Positions 10,587 to 19,894 of a stretch of DNA of 64,000 nucleotides are shown here, piece after piece. Below the pieces are notes generated by a model, which worked only from the letters and a program-made list of their open reading frames with translations, was not told where the DNA came from and did not search any database. How positions within the stretch are numbered: position 1 is the stretch's first letter; every line of letters begins with the position of its first letter. Source of the DNA: Candidatus Dojkabacteria bacterium (GTDB lineage Bacteria; Patescibacteriota; Dojkabacteria; B142; OLB20); assembly GCA_035444565.1 (NCBI GenBank), contig DAOMOX010000001.1:322335-386334 (forward strand), given 5' to 3'. The position numbers and the translations under genes were made by a program.

Positions 10587-12566
10587 TTATATTGCGCAGC
10601 TTAATTTCGGATAATACCTCTGTGCAAATCCTATTCCGGCTGCTCCAAAATCTGCTATATTTAATTTCCCATCTCTATTTACATCTCGACCACCACAAGA
10701 TCCATATTCAACATCTTTATCTGCACATGTATTTTTTCCTGTTCCGTAACTTTTAGCAAACTCTGCAAAATCAGCAATACTAAATTTTCCGTCTCCATCG
10801 ATGTCTGCTTTCCCACATATATTTCCCGTAATTGGTGGAGTTGGAGTATTTGACGCAGCAAGAGGTGGTGTTGGCTTCAAAGTTAGAGTCGGTGTCAATG
10901 TTGGGGTGGACCCAAGACTTGTAGTAGGTGTTGGTGATGTTTGCACTTGTGTAGCTGTCACCAAAGGCGTAGGAGTACTGGTATTGTATACACCGCCGTA
11001 TTCGACTGCCCCAATATCTGGATTTCCTACTCTACTATTTTTGAAAAAATCTTGTGATTTCGCTAACTGTGGAATTTGATATGTAGTATGAGTTGTTGTA
11101 CTAATGCCTGCATTTATTGCTGGACTCGATTGTTTCAATCTGTAATTATTAAGATCCACAGCTGCACGCAAAGCAGTCATGTCAACAGTTGCAGCACCTA
11201 TTGCAGGTATTGGATAATTCAACTGAACCAATGAATTTTGCAATTCCGGATTCGTTGTATAGATATCACCAGGTCCTTTGGTATTGCTTTGAGCAGAAGC
11301 TGGTAAAATATTATTTCTGAATACCAAGTCATCATTCCCACTCAGCGCTGCTTTAATTGTTGCAGAAGGGTCTTTGCTTACATCGAAAATATTATTCTCA
11401 ATTAATCCTGTAATTTTGGAGTCAGACCCATCTCTGGGTGCAAAAACAATATTAAACAAATCATTTGTCTCTTTACCGGTCACTAATGTATTATGACCAA
11501 AATAAACGTTTGTAGTATTCGACGAATAATCTTTATGGTAACCGGAAAAAAGGAAACTGTTATTAAGTATTATATTGTTATAGTAAGCGACATTATTTAA
11601 TCCTGAGGCATAATTTCCCCAACGAGCATCTTTCTCATTACGTGACGAAATGTGCCAATCGTTCTCGTTACCGTTTTTCTTCTCCCAGTGGGTATTTGGA
11701 TTAAGTTGTGATTCAGGAGCCCAGAAGAGATTATTGCGCACAATCACACCATCGGCCCAACCATTATAAAAATTGTTTTTATTTCCAATAATAATATTAT
11801 CTTCAAATAATAGGTTTCGAGAACCCGTCATTGCAATTTCTCCACGTCCCCAAGCAATGATATTGCCTCTCACTACCATGTCCTCACCACTCATATGAAT
11901 ACTAATGTTTACATTGTAGTCATTGCTTGTATATACAGTATATTGATCGTTAAACGAAATTCTTGTAAGTTCATTATTTATCATCTGCAAACCTTTAGTC
12001 TTTCCAGAAACGTAAAATCCAGATACAAAAGTCCAATCAATTCTATTATTTAAAAACTTCGAGTAGTTAACATTCTCGGCAACTAAAACACCTCGACCAC
12101 AGGAGTTTCGCAAGAATAACCCCTCTACCTCAACATTATCAGCCGAAACCGCTACTAACGGAGACCACATCCCTATATTTTTACATTTAGAATCCCAGGC
12201 TGAAACAATATTCTTCCACTCCCCATTAAGTAAACCAGGTCCAAAACCTCCGTCGATAATCGCTTTATGTTTGTTTTCTGCTCTCCAAGTGGTATTGGGT
12301 TTATTGATATTAAAATATGCGCTATATGTACCGTCTTTCAGGATAACAGTATCTCCTGCAGAGATACTACTCATAGCCTTAGAGATAGTCTTCCAGGGAG
12401 ACGAGTTACTTCCGTTATTAGAATCATTCCCATTTGGGGAGAGATAATATACTGATGCTGCGCTATCGTCTTGTGGTGCCCTATCCTGATAAAACAAGAA
12501 TGCGGTGATTGCCAACAAAAAAATACCTAAGGAAAATAATCCTAAAACTACGGCTTTTTCTCTCAT
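10587..12566 (-). CDS. Exported beta-helix protein with C-terminal dockerin-like domain
   Basis: Same architecture; last 80 aa differ from the 8456 paralog at 3 positions. Confidence 0.8.
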   Translation of the reverse strand: MREKAVVLGLFSLGIFLLAITAFLFYQDRAPQDDSAASVYYLSPNGNDSNNGSNSSPWKTISKAMSSISAGDTVILKDGTYSAYFNINKPNTTWRAENKHKAIIDGGFGPGLLNGEWKNIVSAWDSKCKNIGMWSPLVAVSADNVEVEGLFLRNSCGRGVLVAENVNYSKFLNNRIDWTFVSGFYVSGKTKGLQMINNELTRISFNDQYTVYTSNDYNVNISIHMSGEDMVVRGNIIAWGRGEIAMTGSRNLLFEDNIIIGNKNNFYNGWADGVIVRNNLFWAPESQLNPNTHWEKKNGNENDWHISSRNEKDARWGNYASGLNNVAYYNNIILNNSFLFSGYHKDYSSNTTNVYFGHNTLVTGKETNDLFNIVFAPRDGSDSKITGLIENNIFDVSKDPSATIKAALSGNDDLVFRNNILPASAQSNTKGPGDIYTTNPELQNSLVQLNYPIPAIGAATVDMTALRAAVDLNNYRLKQSSPAINAGISTTTHTTYQIPQLAKSQDFFKNSRVGNPDIGAVEYGGVYNTSTPTPLVTATQVQTSPTPTTSLGSTPTLTPTLTLKPTPPLAASNTPTPPITGNICGKADIDGDGKFSIADFAEFAKSYGTGKNTCADKDVEYGSCGGRDVNRDGKLNIADFGAAGIGFAQRYYPKLSCAI

Positions 12567-12648
12567 TTGATAATTAGTGAATATATTCAGTTTATTATAA
12601 TATTAATAAATCATCAAATCTTAAGTTACTCTAAAAAGAATGACTCAT

Positions 12649-14976
12649 CTACAATGAACAACTCGGTGCTGGATAGTACCTCTGAGCGAACGCTGAAAAA
12701 TCAGCAATAGAGACTTTTCCATCATTATCTCGATCTATTCCCCCGCAAGGTCCGTGGTTTACACCTCTATCTGAACAACTACTTTTGTATTTTCTTGCAA
12801 AATTAGAAAAATCATACAAATCAAACCTTCCGTTACTATCCAAATCTGCTGGACCGCATACAATTGCATTTACATTTGTGGGTGTAACAGTGGATGGTGT
12901 CACAGAAATACTTGGTCGTGCTGTAGGAGTTGTAGATGTAACAGGCTTAATTGTCGGAGTAACCGAGACATTTGGACTAACCACAGGACTCGAAACAGGG
13001 GTGCTAGGCCTTGGTGTAGGAGTATTAGAAGGAGTTGTGCCCCCAGTCTGCTGAGCCTTTACCATTGCACTATGAGCATTAATTCTCTTCCCTGTTACTA
13101 TTTTTCCAGATAGCGCAGGTAAAGGATCCCCTGTTTCTAAAATAATATTTTGCACTTGTGTGGTAGTCAAACTTGGCTTATAACCCCAAATTAAACCAGC
13201 CAATCCGACGACGTGGGGAGTAGCCATAGAAGTTCCTTGAAAAAATTCATATTTATTACTCATTCCATCAGAGTAATGAGCAATATTTAAATCCTCGATG
13301 AAACAGCCCATGTATACGTTATCGGCTGCATTTGTATTCCATACAAACCGTAGTCTCATGTTCTCAGTTAAAAATTTTTGAGAAACTGGCACACTATCAA
13401 AATAATATTGAGATACTCCACTCTCGAGTGTATCCCCGGTTAACGCATCTAGAACATGTTCGTTCCATCTAAAGGCAAAGGTTGGAGCACCTGGGAAAGG
13501 TATAGACTCGAAGTTGATACCATCCGCACTCATTTGTAATTCAATATTATCCCATGGTTCAACTGAATCATATTCCGTATCACACAAGGCAACAAAACTT
13601 ATAGAAGCATTATTCTTTTTCAAGTTTGCTTTTGGAGATGTAATATAGTTATTCGCTTGATTGGTATATGGGGGTGCATCCTTCTCTGTTTTTAATAAAT
13701 TCCCAACAGATTCATCTAGGTATAAAGTTCCCCATTTAGGGTTTGTGCCTCCTGTAGTCCATCCTGTCGGCAAAGCAGGTGCTTGTGCATTATTAAAGTT
13801 TTCATCCATCAATTTCTCATGTGAGACAGAACTATAGATTGATTGTCCAGGAGCTGCTATATCAACACGGCCTAATCCATAATCAGAGAAATCCGCCAAA
13901 CTATCGTTTTGGTCTGTTGCAGCTACGCAAATAATATTCGCCGAGTCGTAGTCACAAGGATATCCACTCAAGGTGTTATGATCCCTATTTGAATTTCCAG
14001 CCGATGCAACGAATAATCCAGGGTATGCCTCTATAGCCTGTTTCATTGCATAGTCATACGAAGGACCTCCAAAACTAGCATTAATAACTTTTGCACCATT
14101 GTATTTGGCAAAATTAATAGATTTGACTATTCCTATAGATGTTAATTCTGTCTTTATTGCCATAATTTTGGCATTTGGTGCAACCCCCACTATTCCATAG
14201 TTGTTATTCTTGGCGGCAGCAATAGTACCTGCAATATGTGTTCCGTGTGAAGAATTAGTAGGCAATGGAATTTTATCGTTGTCTTCGAAATCATAACCAT
14301 ACATACATCCACCTAATGTTTGATTGTTTTCATTTTTACAATTCTGTCCATTCCACATATTTGCCTTTAAGTCAGGGTGGTTATAGGCAACACCCGTATC
14401 TATAACTGCGACAATAATTTCACCATTTATCCCTTCATTCACTGCCCAAGCCTCAGGCGCATCGATATCGGCATCCGCTACAGACGGACTCCCCTCTATC
14501 ACTTGACCAGAATTGTGTAAACCCCAAAGCTTGTCTTTATCGGGATCGTTTGTATTTATTGAAGCATACCTGTAGATATAGTTAGGCTGAACGAATTCAA
14601 CATTCTCATCTAATTTCATTTCGTTAATAATTTCATCAACATTTCTATCAGTTCTAAAGAGTTGCACATTTGAGGATAAATCAGCGTCAACATCTCTAAC
14701 TTCATGCTTATTCATAAACATCCACAGCTTAGGAGCAACCAAGGAAGATTGTAGATTGATTTTTTCCTTTTTATATTTAACAATAAATTCTCCAGGTACA
14801 ACATTTAGGTCTGTATCCTCCGAAATAGATTCTGTTGGAGCTTTTGCATTAACATCGTCAATACCTGCACTATAATTCCCAGGTGAGAAATCTCTAAATA
14901 TAAAATAAGTCGCTACACCTACTACTATTAGGAGGAATAGCCCTAGGGAGAACATTATTCGAACTGCTGTTTTCAT
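12649..14976 (-). CDS. S8 subtilisin-like serine protease with inserted domain and dockerin-like C-terminus
   Basis: Triad DTG, HGTH, GTSMA; propeptide PGEFIVKYK...VQPNY; DLDSNGRFDLYDF and DRDNDGKVSIADF. Confidence 0.9.
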   Translation of the reverse strand: MKTAVRIMFSLGLFLLIVVGVATYFIFRDFSPGNYSAGIDDVNAKAPTESISEDTDLNVVPGEFIVKYKKEKINLQSSLVAPKLWMFMNKHEVRDVDADLSSNVQLFRTDRNVDEIINEMKLDENVEFVQPNYIYRYASINTNDPDKDKLWGLHNSGQVIEGSPSVADADIDAPEAWAVNEGINGEIIVAVIDTGVAYNHPDLKANMWNGQNCKNENNQTLGGCMYGYDFEDNDKIPLPTNSSHGTHIAGTIAAAKNNNYGIVGVAPNAKIMAIKTELTSIGIVKSINFAKYNGAKVINASFGGPSYDYAMKQAIEAYPGLFVASAGNSNRDHNTLSGYPCDYDSANIICVAATDQNDSLADFSDYGLGRVDIAAPGQSIYSSVSHEKLMDENFNNAQAPALPTGWTTGGTNPKWGTLYLDESVGNLLKTEKDAPPYTNQANNYITSPKANLKKNNASISFVALCDTEYDSVEPWDNIELQMSADGINFESIPFPGAPTFAFRWNEHVLDALTGDTLESGVSQYYFDSVPVSQKFLTENMRLRFVWNTNAADNVYMGCFIEDLNIAHYSDGMSNKYEFFQGTSMATPHVVGLAGLIWGYKPSLTTTQVQNIILETGDPLPALSGKIVTGKRINAHSAMVKAQQTGGTTPSNTPTPRPSTPVSSPVVSPNVSVTPTIKPVTSTTPTARPSISVTPSTVTPTNVNAIVCGPADLDSNGRFDLYDFSNFARKYKSSCSDRGVNHGPCGGIDRDNDGKVSIADFSAFAQRYYPAPSCSL

Positions 14977-15092
14977 AAAAGTTTATTAATATTATTAACC
15001 TATAAATGTATCTTAAAATTAAGGTTATGACAATTAATACTATCAAGATAACCATAGGTTTTTTTAATTTATTGGTATGTTAAAATTGATCT

Positions 15093-15491
15093 ATGAAGAT
15101 ACTATCAATCGATCACGGAAACAAAAGACTTGGCATTGCTATCTCTGACGAGCTTGGAATTTCTGCCCAAGCATTACCCACTATCCAGGTGAATAACGAA
15201 GATTTCGCAATTAAACAAATCGTTAAATTATTAGACGAACACAAGTGTGACACAGTTTTGATAGGAGTTCCTATTGGGTTTGAAGGAAAAGATTCTAGCC
15301 AGACCAAAATAGTTAGAGGATTTATTAATAAACTGAAGTCTCAAATTCACTCACCAATTATAGAATGGGACGAAACATACTCCTCAAAAATTGCATCTAG
15401 GAACATCAAGGGGAAGAAAAAACGAAACATTGACAGCGAATCAGCCAAGGTAATACTGCTAGAGTACCTAAGTTCCCAATCTTCAGATTGA
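15093..15491 (+). CDS. ruvX: YqgF/RuvX family nuclease
   Basis: ILSIDHGNKRLGIAISD, WDETYSS, IDSESA. Confidence 0.92.
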   Translation: MKILSIDHGNKRLGIAISDELGISAQALPTIQVNNEDFAIKQIVKLLDEHKCDTVLIGVPIGFEGKDSSQTKIVRGFINKLKSQIHSPIIEWDETYSSKIASRNIKGKKKRNIDSESAKVILLEYLSSQSSD

Positions 15492-15516
15492 CCACATTAT
15501 CCACAACCGATACAAT
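15488..15516 (+). promoter_or_regulatory. Sigma70-type promoter of mltG with a perfect DnaA box in its spacer
   Basis: TTGACC (15488-15493), 17 nt, TACAAT (15511-15516); TTATCCACA at 15497-15505. Confidence 0.55.
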
Positions 15517-15540
15517 AACTCATCTCTTAATAAAACAACT

Positions 15541-16605
15541 ATGTCAAAAATCATAATATTTTTACTTTTGCTTTTATCTTTAGGGGTAATAGGAGGAATC
15601 CTAGGTTTTTCTTATTACAAAAGCACCTTGGATAATAGCTTAGGTTTGGAAGAAGATAAAATTTTCACTATCAAAGCTGGGGATAGTGTTGAAAAGATCT
15701 TAGATAACCTTGAGAAGGAAGGCATCCTGAAAAATAAACAATTATTTTTAATTTATCTCAAGCTTAACTCGGAAGAAGCTGCGAATTTCAAAGCAGGTAA
15801 ATTTATTATAGAAAAAGACTCAAATCTACTTGAGCTTACAAAAACTTTCCAAGATGCCTCCACCAACAGAGATGATATTGCGGTATTAATTCAAGAAGGG
15901 CTTCGTTACGACGAAATCGCAGATATACTAAAAGAAGCCTACACCGAAGTTCCAGAGAGTAAATTTCTTGCATCGGAGTATATTTCAATTTCGGAGAATC
16001 CAGATGATTACAAATTCACGCAAAATGTTGCGACTTTCCTAGCCGACTACAAACCTGCCAATAAAAATCTTGAAGGCTTCTTATACCCAGAAACATATTA
16101 TTTCTCTAAAACAGCAACTGCACAAGATGTAATTGAAAAGCAGATTTTAACCCTCTCGGAGAAAATTTCCACAGATGATTACAAAGAAATTGATAATAAT
16201 GATTACACATTTTACGAACACCTTGTAATTGCAAGCATGATTGAGAGAGAAGCATTTTCTTCGGACGAAAAAGCCGACATTGCAGATGTAATTTTCAAAA
16301 GATTAGAAAATGGGATTCAAGGAGTAAAGTTGTTACAAATTGATGCAACTTTGCTCTACCAAGCAAAAGATTGGAAAGCAAACCCCTTTTTAATAAAAGA
16401 TGTAGATGGACCATACAATACATACAAAAGGACAGGTTTACCACCAACCCCAATTTCAAATCCTGGTATTGACTCGCTTCTTGCCTCACTATATCCTAAT
16501 AGTAATAATTACTATTTCTATCTTCACGATTCTGATGGAAATATTCATTTCGCAGAAGACTCATCAGAGCATAACGCTAACGTGAGGAAATACATAAATA
16601 ATTAA
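15541..16605 (+). CDS. mltG: Endolytic transglycosylase MltG
   Basis: LEGFLYPETY, ASMIEREA, LQIDAT, YNTY..GLPPTPISNPG. Confidence 0.95.
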   Translation: MSKIIIFLLLLLSLGVIGGILGFSYYKSTLDNSLGLEEDKIFTIKAGDSVEKILDNLEKEGILKNKQLFLIYLKLNSEEAANFKAGKFIIEKDSNLLELTKTFQDASTNRDDIAVLIQEGLRYDEIADILKEAYTEVPESKFLASEYISISENPDDYKFTQNVATFLADYKPANKNLEGFLYPETYYFSKTATAQDVIEKQILTLSEKISTDDYKEIDNNDYTFYEHLVIASMIEREAFSSDEKADIADVIFKRLENGIQGVKLLQIDATLLYQAKDWKANPFLIKDVDGPYNTYKRTGLPPTPISNPGIDSLLASLYPNSNNYYFYLHDSDGNIHFAEDSSEHNANVRKYINN

Positions 16606-16964
16606 TGAAACTTAAGAAAAAGCTTGGAAAACTGAAATTTGAATTAAATTTGACACGATTTCAGGTTTTTGGCGTTATCACCTGGATTTTTTTAATTCTG
16701 GTTTTACCTATTTCAATAGATTTGTATTCAAAATATAACGCTACAGAAGCCAATGGTTCTACACAAACTCAGAACAGAGTTGCTGGAGCAGCAACAGAAA
16801 GTGATAATCCATTCACATATACAGTTAATCTAGAAGACAAAAAAGAACTCGTATCTACCCTCACCATGGTTTTTGGTGGTATTTCTACTGTGATAGCTTT
16901 GGTCAGCCTCGTTTTATTATTCAAAGAGAATAAAAAAGAACGCACAGGTGTATTTATCAACTAG
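16605..16964 (+). CDS. Two-TM hypothetical protein with VAG motif
   Basis: Coupled to mltG (TAATG overlap); two hydrophobic helices flank RVAGAAT. Confidence 0.65.
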   Translation: MKLKKKLGKLKFELNLTRFQVFGVITWIFLILVLPISIDLYSKYNATEANGSTQTQNRVAGAATESDNPFTYTVNLEDKKELVSTLTMVFGGISTVIALVSLVLLFKENKKERTGVFIN

Positions 16965-17223
16965 GAAAATTCATTATTATATTGAGGCAACCGTTAGCTC
17001 CGTAGAGCCGATGGGTTCGTTTACCTTGGTAAGGTTTGGGAAGCGTCATCTCGCGAAACCTCCTTCTGAATGTTTATTACAAGAAGGACAGAAAGTAGAA
17101 GTCACTATAGATCCGTACAAGAATACACTCATTAATATTGCGTCAGTAACATGTACAAGGTGTCCGTTAAAAGGGAATGCGTGTAGATATGGGATTGAGG
17201 GTTATAAAAGTAAACCTCTATGA
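16948..17223 (+). CDS. Small Cys-motif protein, paralog 1
   Basis: EC-x26-CTRCPLKGNAC; similar to the next two ORFs; start uncertain. Confidence 0.55.
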   Translation: MYLSTRKIHYYIEATVSSVEPMGSFTLVRFGKRHLAKPPSECLLQEGQKVEVTIDPYKNTLINIASVTCTRCPLKGNACRYGIEGYKSKPL

Positions 17224-17304
17224 ATCTACCGTAACTTCAGCCTCCGATTGACCATTTGACACTGATGATGTATTATCGCAATTAATAATTAACTCTAAAT
17301 AATA

Positions 17305-17562
17305 ATGGGAGAAGATATCTATACAGTATGTTCTATAAAATTTAACCCAAATACTAGGCGAAATGATGTTGAATTTGAGGGTGGATTCACCTCGGACACA
17401 GCAGAAGGTTGTACGCTTAATCCAGGAGAGCAAGTGGGAGTACCTATTCAAATCGATGTGCGAACAGTATTATTTAAATCTGCTGCTGAAGCATGTCAGT
17501 CATGCCCTGTTTTTGATGAATGTGGGAGAGGCTTGATAGGCTCTTATCCAGAAACTGTATAA
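17305..17562 (+). CDS. Small Cys-motif protein, paralog 2
   Basis: GC-x27-CQSCPVFDEC; TTGACA upstream. Confidence 0.65.
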   Translation: MGEDIYTVCSIKFNPNTRRNDVEFEGGFTSDTAEGCTLNPGEQVGVPIQIDVRTVLFKSAAEACQSCPVFDECGRGLIGSYPETV

Positions 17563-17611
17563 TTTAAAGATCTTAATCAGTTAATATAATTACCTTTGTT
17601 AAATTAATACT

Positions 17612-17845
17612 ATGGCTTTCGAATTTCAGACAGTAACTGCAGTGATGAGAACTCCATCGAATACGCAAGTTCAAATATTGGAAGGTTATTCAGGTGCCAC
17701 TACGCCAGACGGCTGTATCATGGAAGAGGGAAAAATTTTAAAGGTCAAGTCCCCAATAAAGCACGTACTTGTTCAATTCGCCTCAGCAGCATGTAAAAAC
17801 TGTCCATTATTGGATGATTATACAGTAGGAAGTGTTCTCAGATAA
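17612..17845 (+). CDS. Small Cys-motif protein, paralog 3
   Basis: GC-x25-CKNCPLLDDY; TATAAT upstream. Confidence 0.6.
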   Translation: MAFEFQTVTAVMRTPSNTQVQILEGYSGATTPDGCIMEEGKILKVKSPIKHVLVQFASAACKNCPLLDDYTVGSVLR

Positions 17846-17965
17846 CTAACATAGTAAGTGCATCTTTTTAGATAGAAAATCGATTTCCCCTTTTCATTTG
17901 TAGTCTACTATTTATTTGCTTCTTTCGATAGAAATACTAAATTAAATTTTTTACTAAGAAAGAAT

Positions 17966-19006
17966 TCACGGATTCACGATAACCTTCCCAGGATAATCAA
18001 CTTCCCCAATACTCATTTCGTATATCAACTTGGGAAAATCTTCTAAGCTGACTTCAAGCGAAACCATCTTTTGAACAGGGAATGCCTCTGGGTATTCGGT
18101 TTTAAGTTTGAAAGCTTCCAGAAAATCATCTCTTCCACATCCATAAGCACCGGCAAGATAAAGTATTTTATTTTCAAATTGTATCTTTTGAAAATCCTCA
18201 TTTCTTCTAATTGAATCAATGTTGATTTCTGAATTTAGATAGGTGTCTGCTTTCTTGGTTCCACCATAAAGAAATACGACTCCCTCCTCTTTAACCATTT
18301 GATGTGCCACATTCAAAGTTTCATCGCTGATAATTGTGGGTACGACTACAACAATGTCAAAAGTATCTTTGTAGCTTTCATATTCTTCCAGTCTAATTAA
18401 TTTAGCTTCTGACAATAGTCCCTGTTCCTTCACAAAGCTTAGTCTCTCATCTCCTCTATTAAATACAGAAATCTGAGCTCCATAATGACTAAATAACATT
18501 GAGAATAATGTTCCGGAATTCCCTGCGCCTATTACTGCGATATTCTTTCCGTTGAATTCGTCGACTTTCATGTGATGCCTTAACACATTTACACTATGAA
18601 CGATGCACGCAAATGGTTCTGGTTGCCATTTTGGGTTTATTGCGGTCTCGGCAGGAATTTCTATCAGAGCTTCGTGTAAAGTATCTTTGTCCCCTGTTAC
18701 TTTAAAAAAGTGTGCATAACCAGTTGTCCGATTCGGAGTAATATTGGGATTAAATGTGACCATAGTTCCTCGCGTATAACCAGTATGTGAACCAGCAAAT
18801 TCTATTTCTCCAATAATCTCATGACCAAACAAAGGTCCTCTATCTTCTGGGATATCACGGGAACCAGTTAATTCTTTAACATCTGCTCTACAAATACCCA
18901 TATAGTGAAGTTTTACTATTACTTCGTTTTCATTTCCTGTCTCGAATGAGTTATCGACAATTTCTACTTTACCATTATTTAATTTAGCAGACTTAAATTT
19001 GATCAT
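17966..19006 (-). CDS. Zn-dependent medium-chain dehydrogenase (MDR)
   Basis: GICRAD, GHE..G, EPFAC, GAGNSG Rossmann motif; lacks the 4-Cys structural Zn loop. Confidence 0.85.
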   Translation of the reverse strand: MIKFKSAKLNNGKVEIVDNSFETGNENEVIVKLHYMGICRADVKELTGSRDIPEDRGPLFGHEIIGEIEFAGSHTGYTRGTMVTFNPNITPNRTTGYAHFFKVTGDKDTLHEALIEIPAETAINPKWQPEPFACIVHSVNVLRHHMKVDEFNGKNIAVIGAGNSGTLFSMLFSHYGAQISVFNRGDERLSFVKEQGLLSEAKLIRLEEYESYKDTFDIVVVVPTIISDETLNVAHQMVKEEGVVFLYGGTKKADTYLNSEINIDSIRRNEDFQKIQFENKILYLAGAYGCGRDDFLEAFKLKTEYPEAFPVQKMVSLEVSLEDFPKLIYEMSIGEVDYPGKVIVNP

Positions 19007-19008
19007 AA

Positions 19009-19461
19009 TTATTTATTTAATAAATAAACCACCAACATTAACAGCGCACTCCACCACCCCAGAAAGGAGATAATAAAGCTAATTGTGACATTTCTTTGCC
19101 AACTTGATGGCAAAAGTTCAGCAGATTTCCCCTCTTTTTCTCTTCTTAGGAGAAATGGACTAACTTTAAATGATAGAAATAGACCGTTTAATATTAAGAC
19201 GATTGCAATTATTAGGTGATACAAAGGTATCCCTTCCAAACTTTCATTTCGATAGAAAACTGCTCCCCCTAGAACTGCCAAGGTGATACCTGCCCATATT
19301 AAAGGTTTTGTAACTTTGTGGGTACGCGTGGTGGCTTCTGTCCAATATGATGATTTCCTACCTAGGAATCCATGTAAATCGATGACTGTTACGGCACCAA
19401 GACCCAGGATAAAGCCAGCAATAAACATAAATAATGACAACACATCTAATAAAATTGGCAT
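19009..19461 (-). CDS. Four-TM membrane protein
   Basis: Hydrophobic helices; directly upstream of the MDR gene. Confidence 0.75.
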   Translation of the reverse strand: MPILLDVLSLFMFIAGFILGLGAVTVIDLHGFLGRKSSYWTEATTRTHKVTKPLIWAGITLAVLGGAVFYRNESLEGIPLYHLIIAIVLILNGLFLSFKVSPFLLRREKEGKSAELLPSSWQRNVTISFIISFLGWWSALLMLVVYLLNK

Positions 19462-19653
19462 TTCATTAAGTTATGATGTAAAGAATACTTGAAACTTGCT
19501 AGGTCGTTAATAGAATGAATTATACAATTTAATTACCTCAAAATGTTAATTTCTTTATTCAACACTTTATAATACTCTATGCTAATTGGTATAATAACCA
19601 ACATTGTATAGTTTCTAAAAGTCATTTGAAAACAGTTATTTAATACTTTCGAT

Positions 19654-19725
19654 TCCGCGGTAGCTCAATGGTGGAGCGATCGGCTGTTAACCGAATGGTT
19701 AGAGGTTCGAGTCCTCTCCGCGGAG
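19654..19725 (+). tRNA. tRNA-Asn(GTT)
   Basis: Acceptor TCCGCGG/CCGCGGA, D-arm GCTC/GAGC, anticodon loop CT-GTT-AA, T-arm AGAGG-TTCGAGT-CCTCT; CCA not encoded. Confidence 0.97.
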
Positions 19726-19871
19726 TTGAAGGTATTAATGCATTACTAACCAATCTCATTTTAATTAGGTTCTCCCCCTCCGCAAAAGCTTCGGGGGACT
19801 AACCAGCAGTAGCGTTCGCAAGCTCACCAACTGCTGGTTTAGGAGTCCTCTCCGCGGAGTTGAAGGTATTA
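19709..19871 (+). repeat. 29-bp direct repeat of the tRNA-Asn 3' end flanking two hairpins
   Basis: gagtcctctccgcggagttgaaggtatta at 19709-19737 and 19843-19871. Confidence 0.95.
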
Positions 19872-19894
19872 TTTAATTACAATTCAATACCTAG

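Noticed and set aside
8456-10830. DGR template/variable repeat or gene conversion between the near-identical tails
   Set aside because: Differences are mainly synonymous and not adenine-specific; no reverse transcriptase in the window
19709-19871. CRISPR array or prophage att pair
   Set aside because: Only two copies, the repeat is tRNA-derived, and no cas, integrase or phage genes are present
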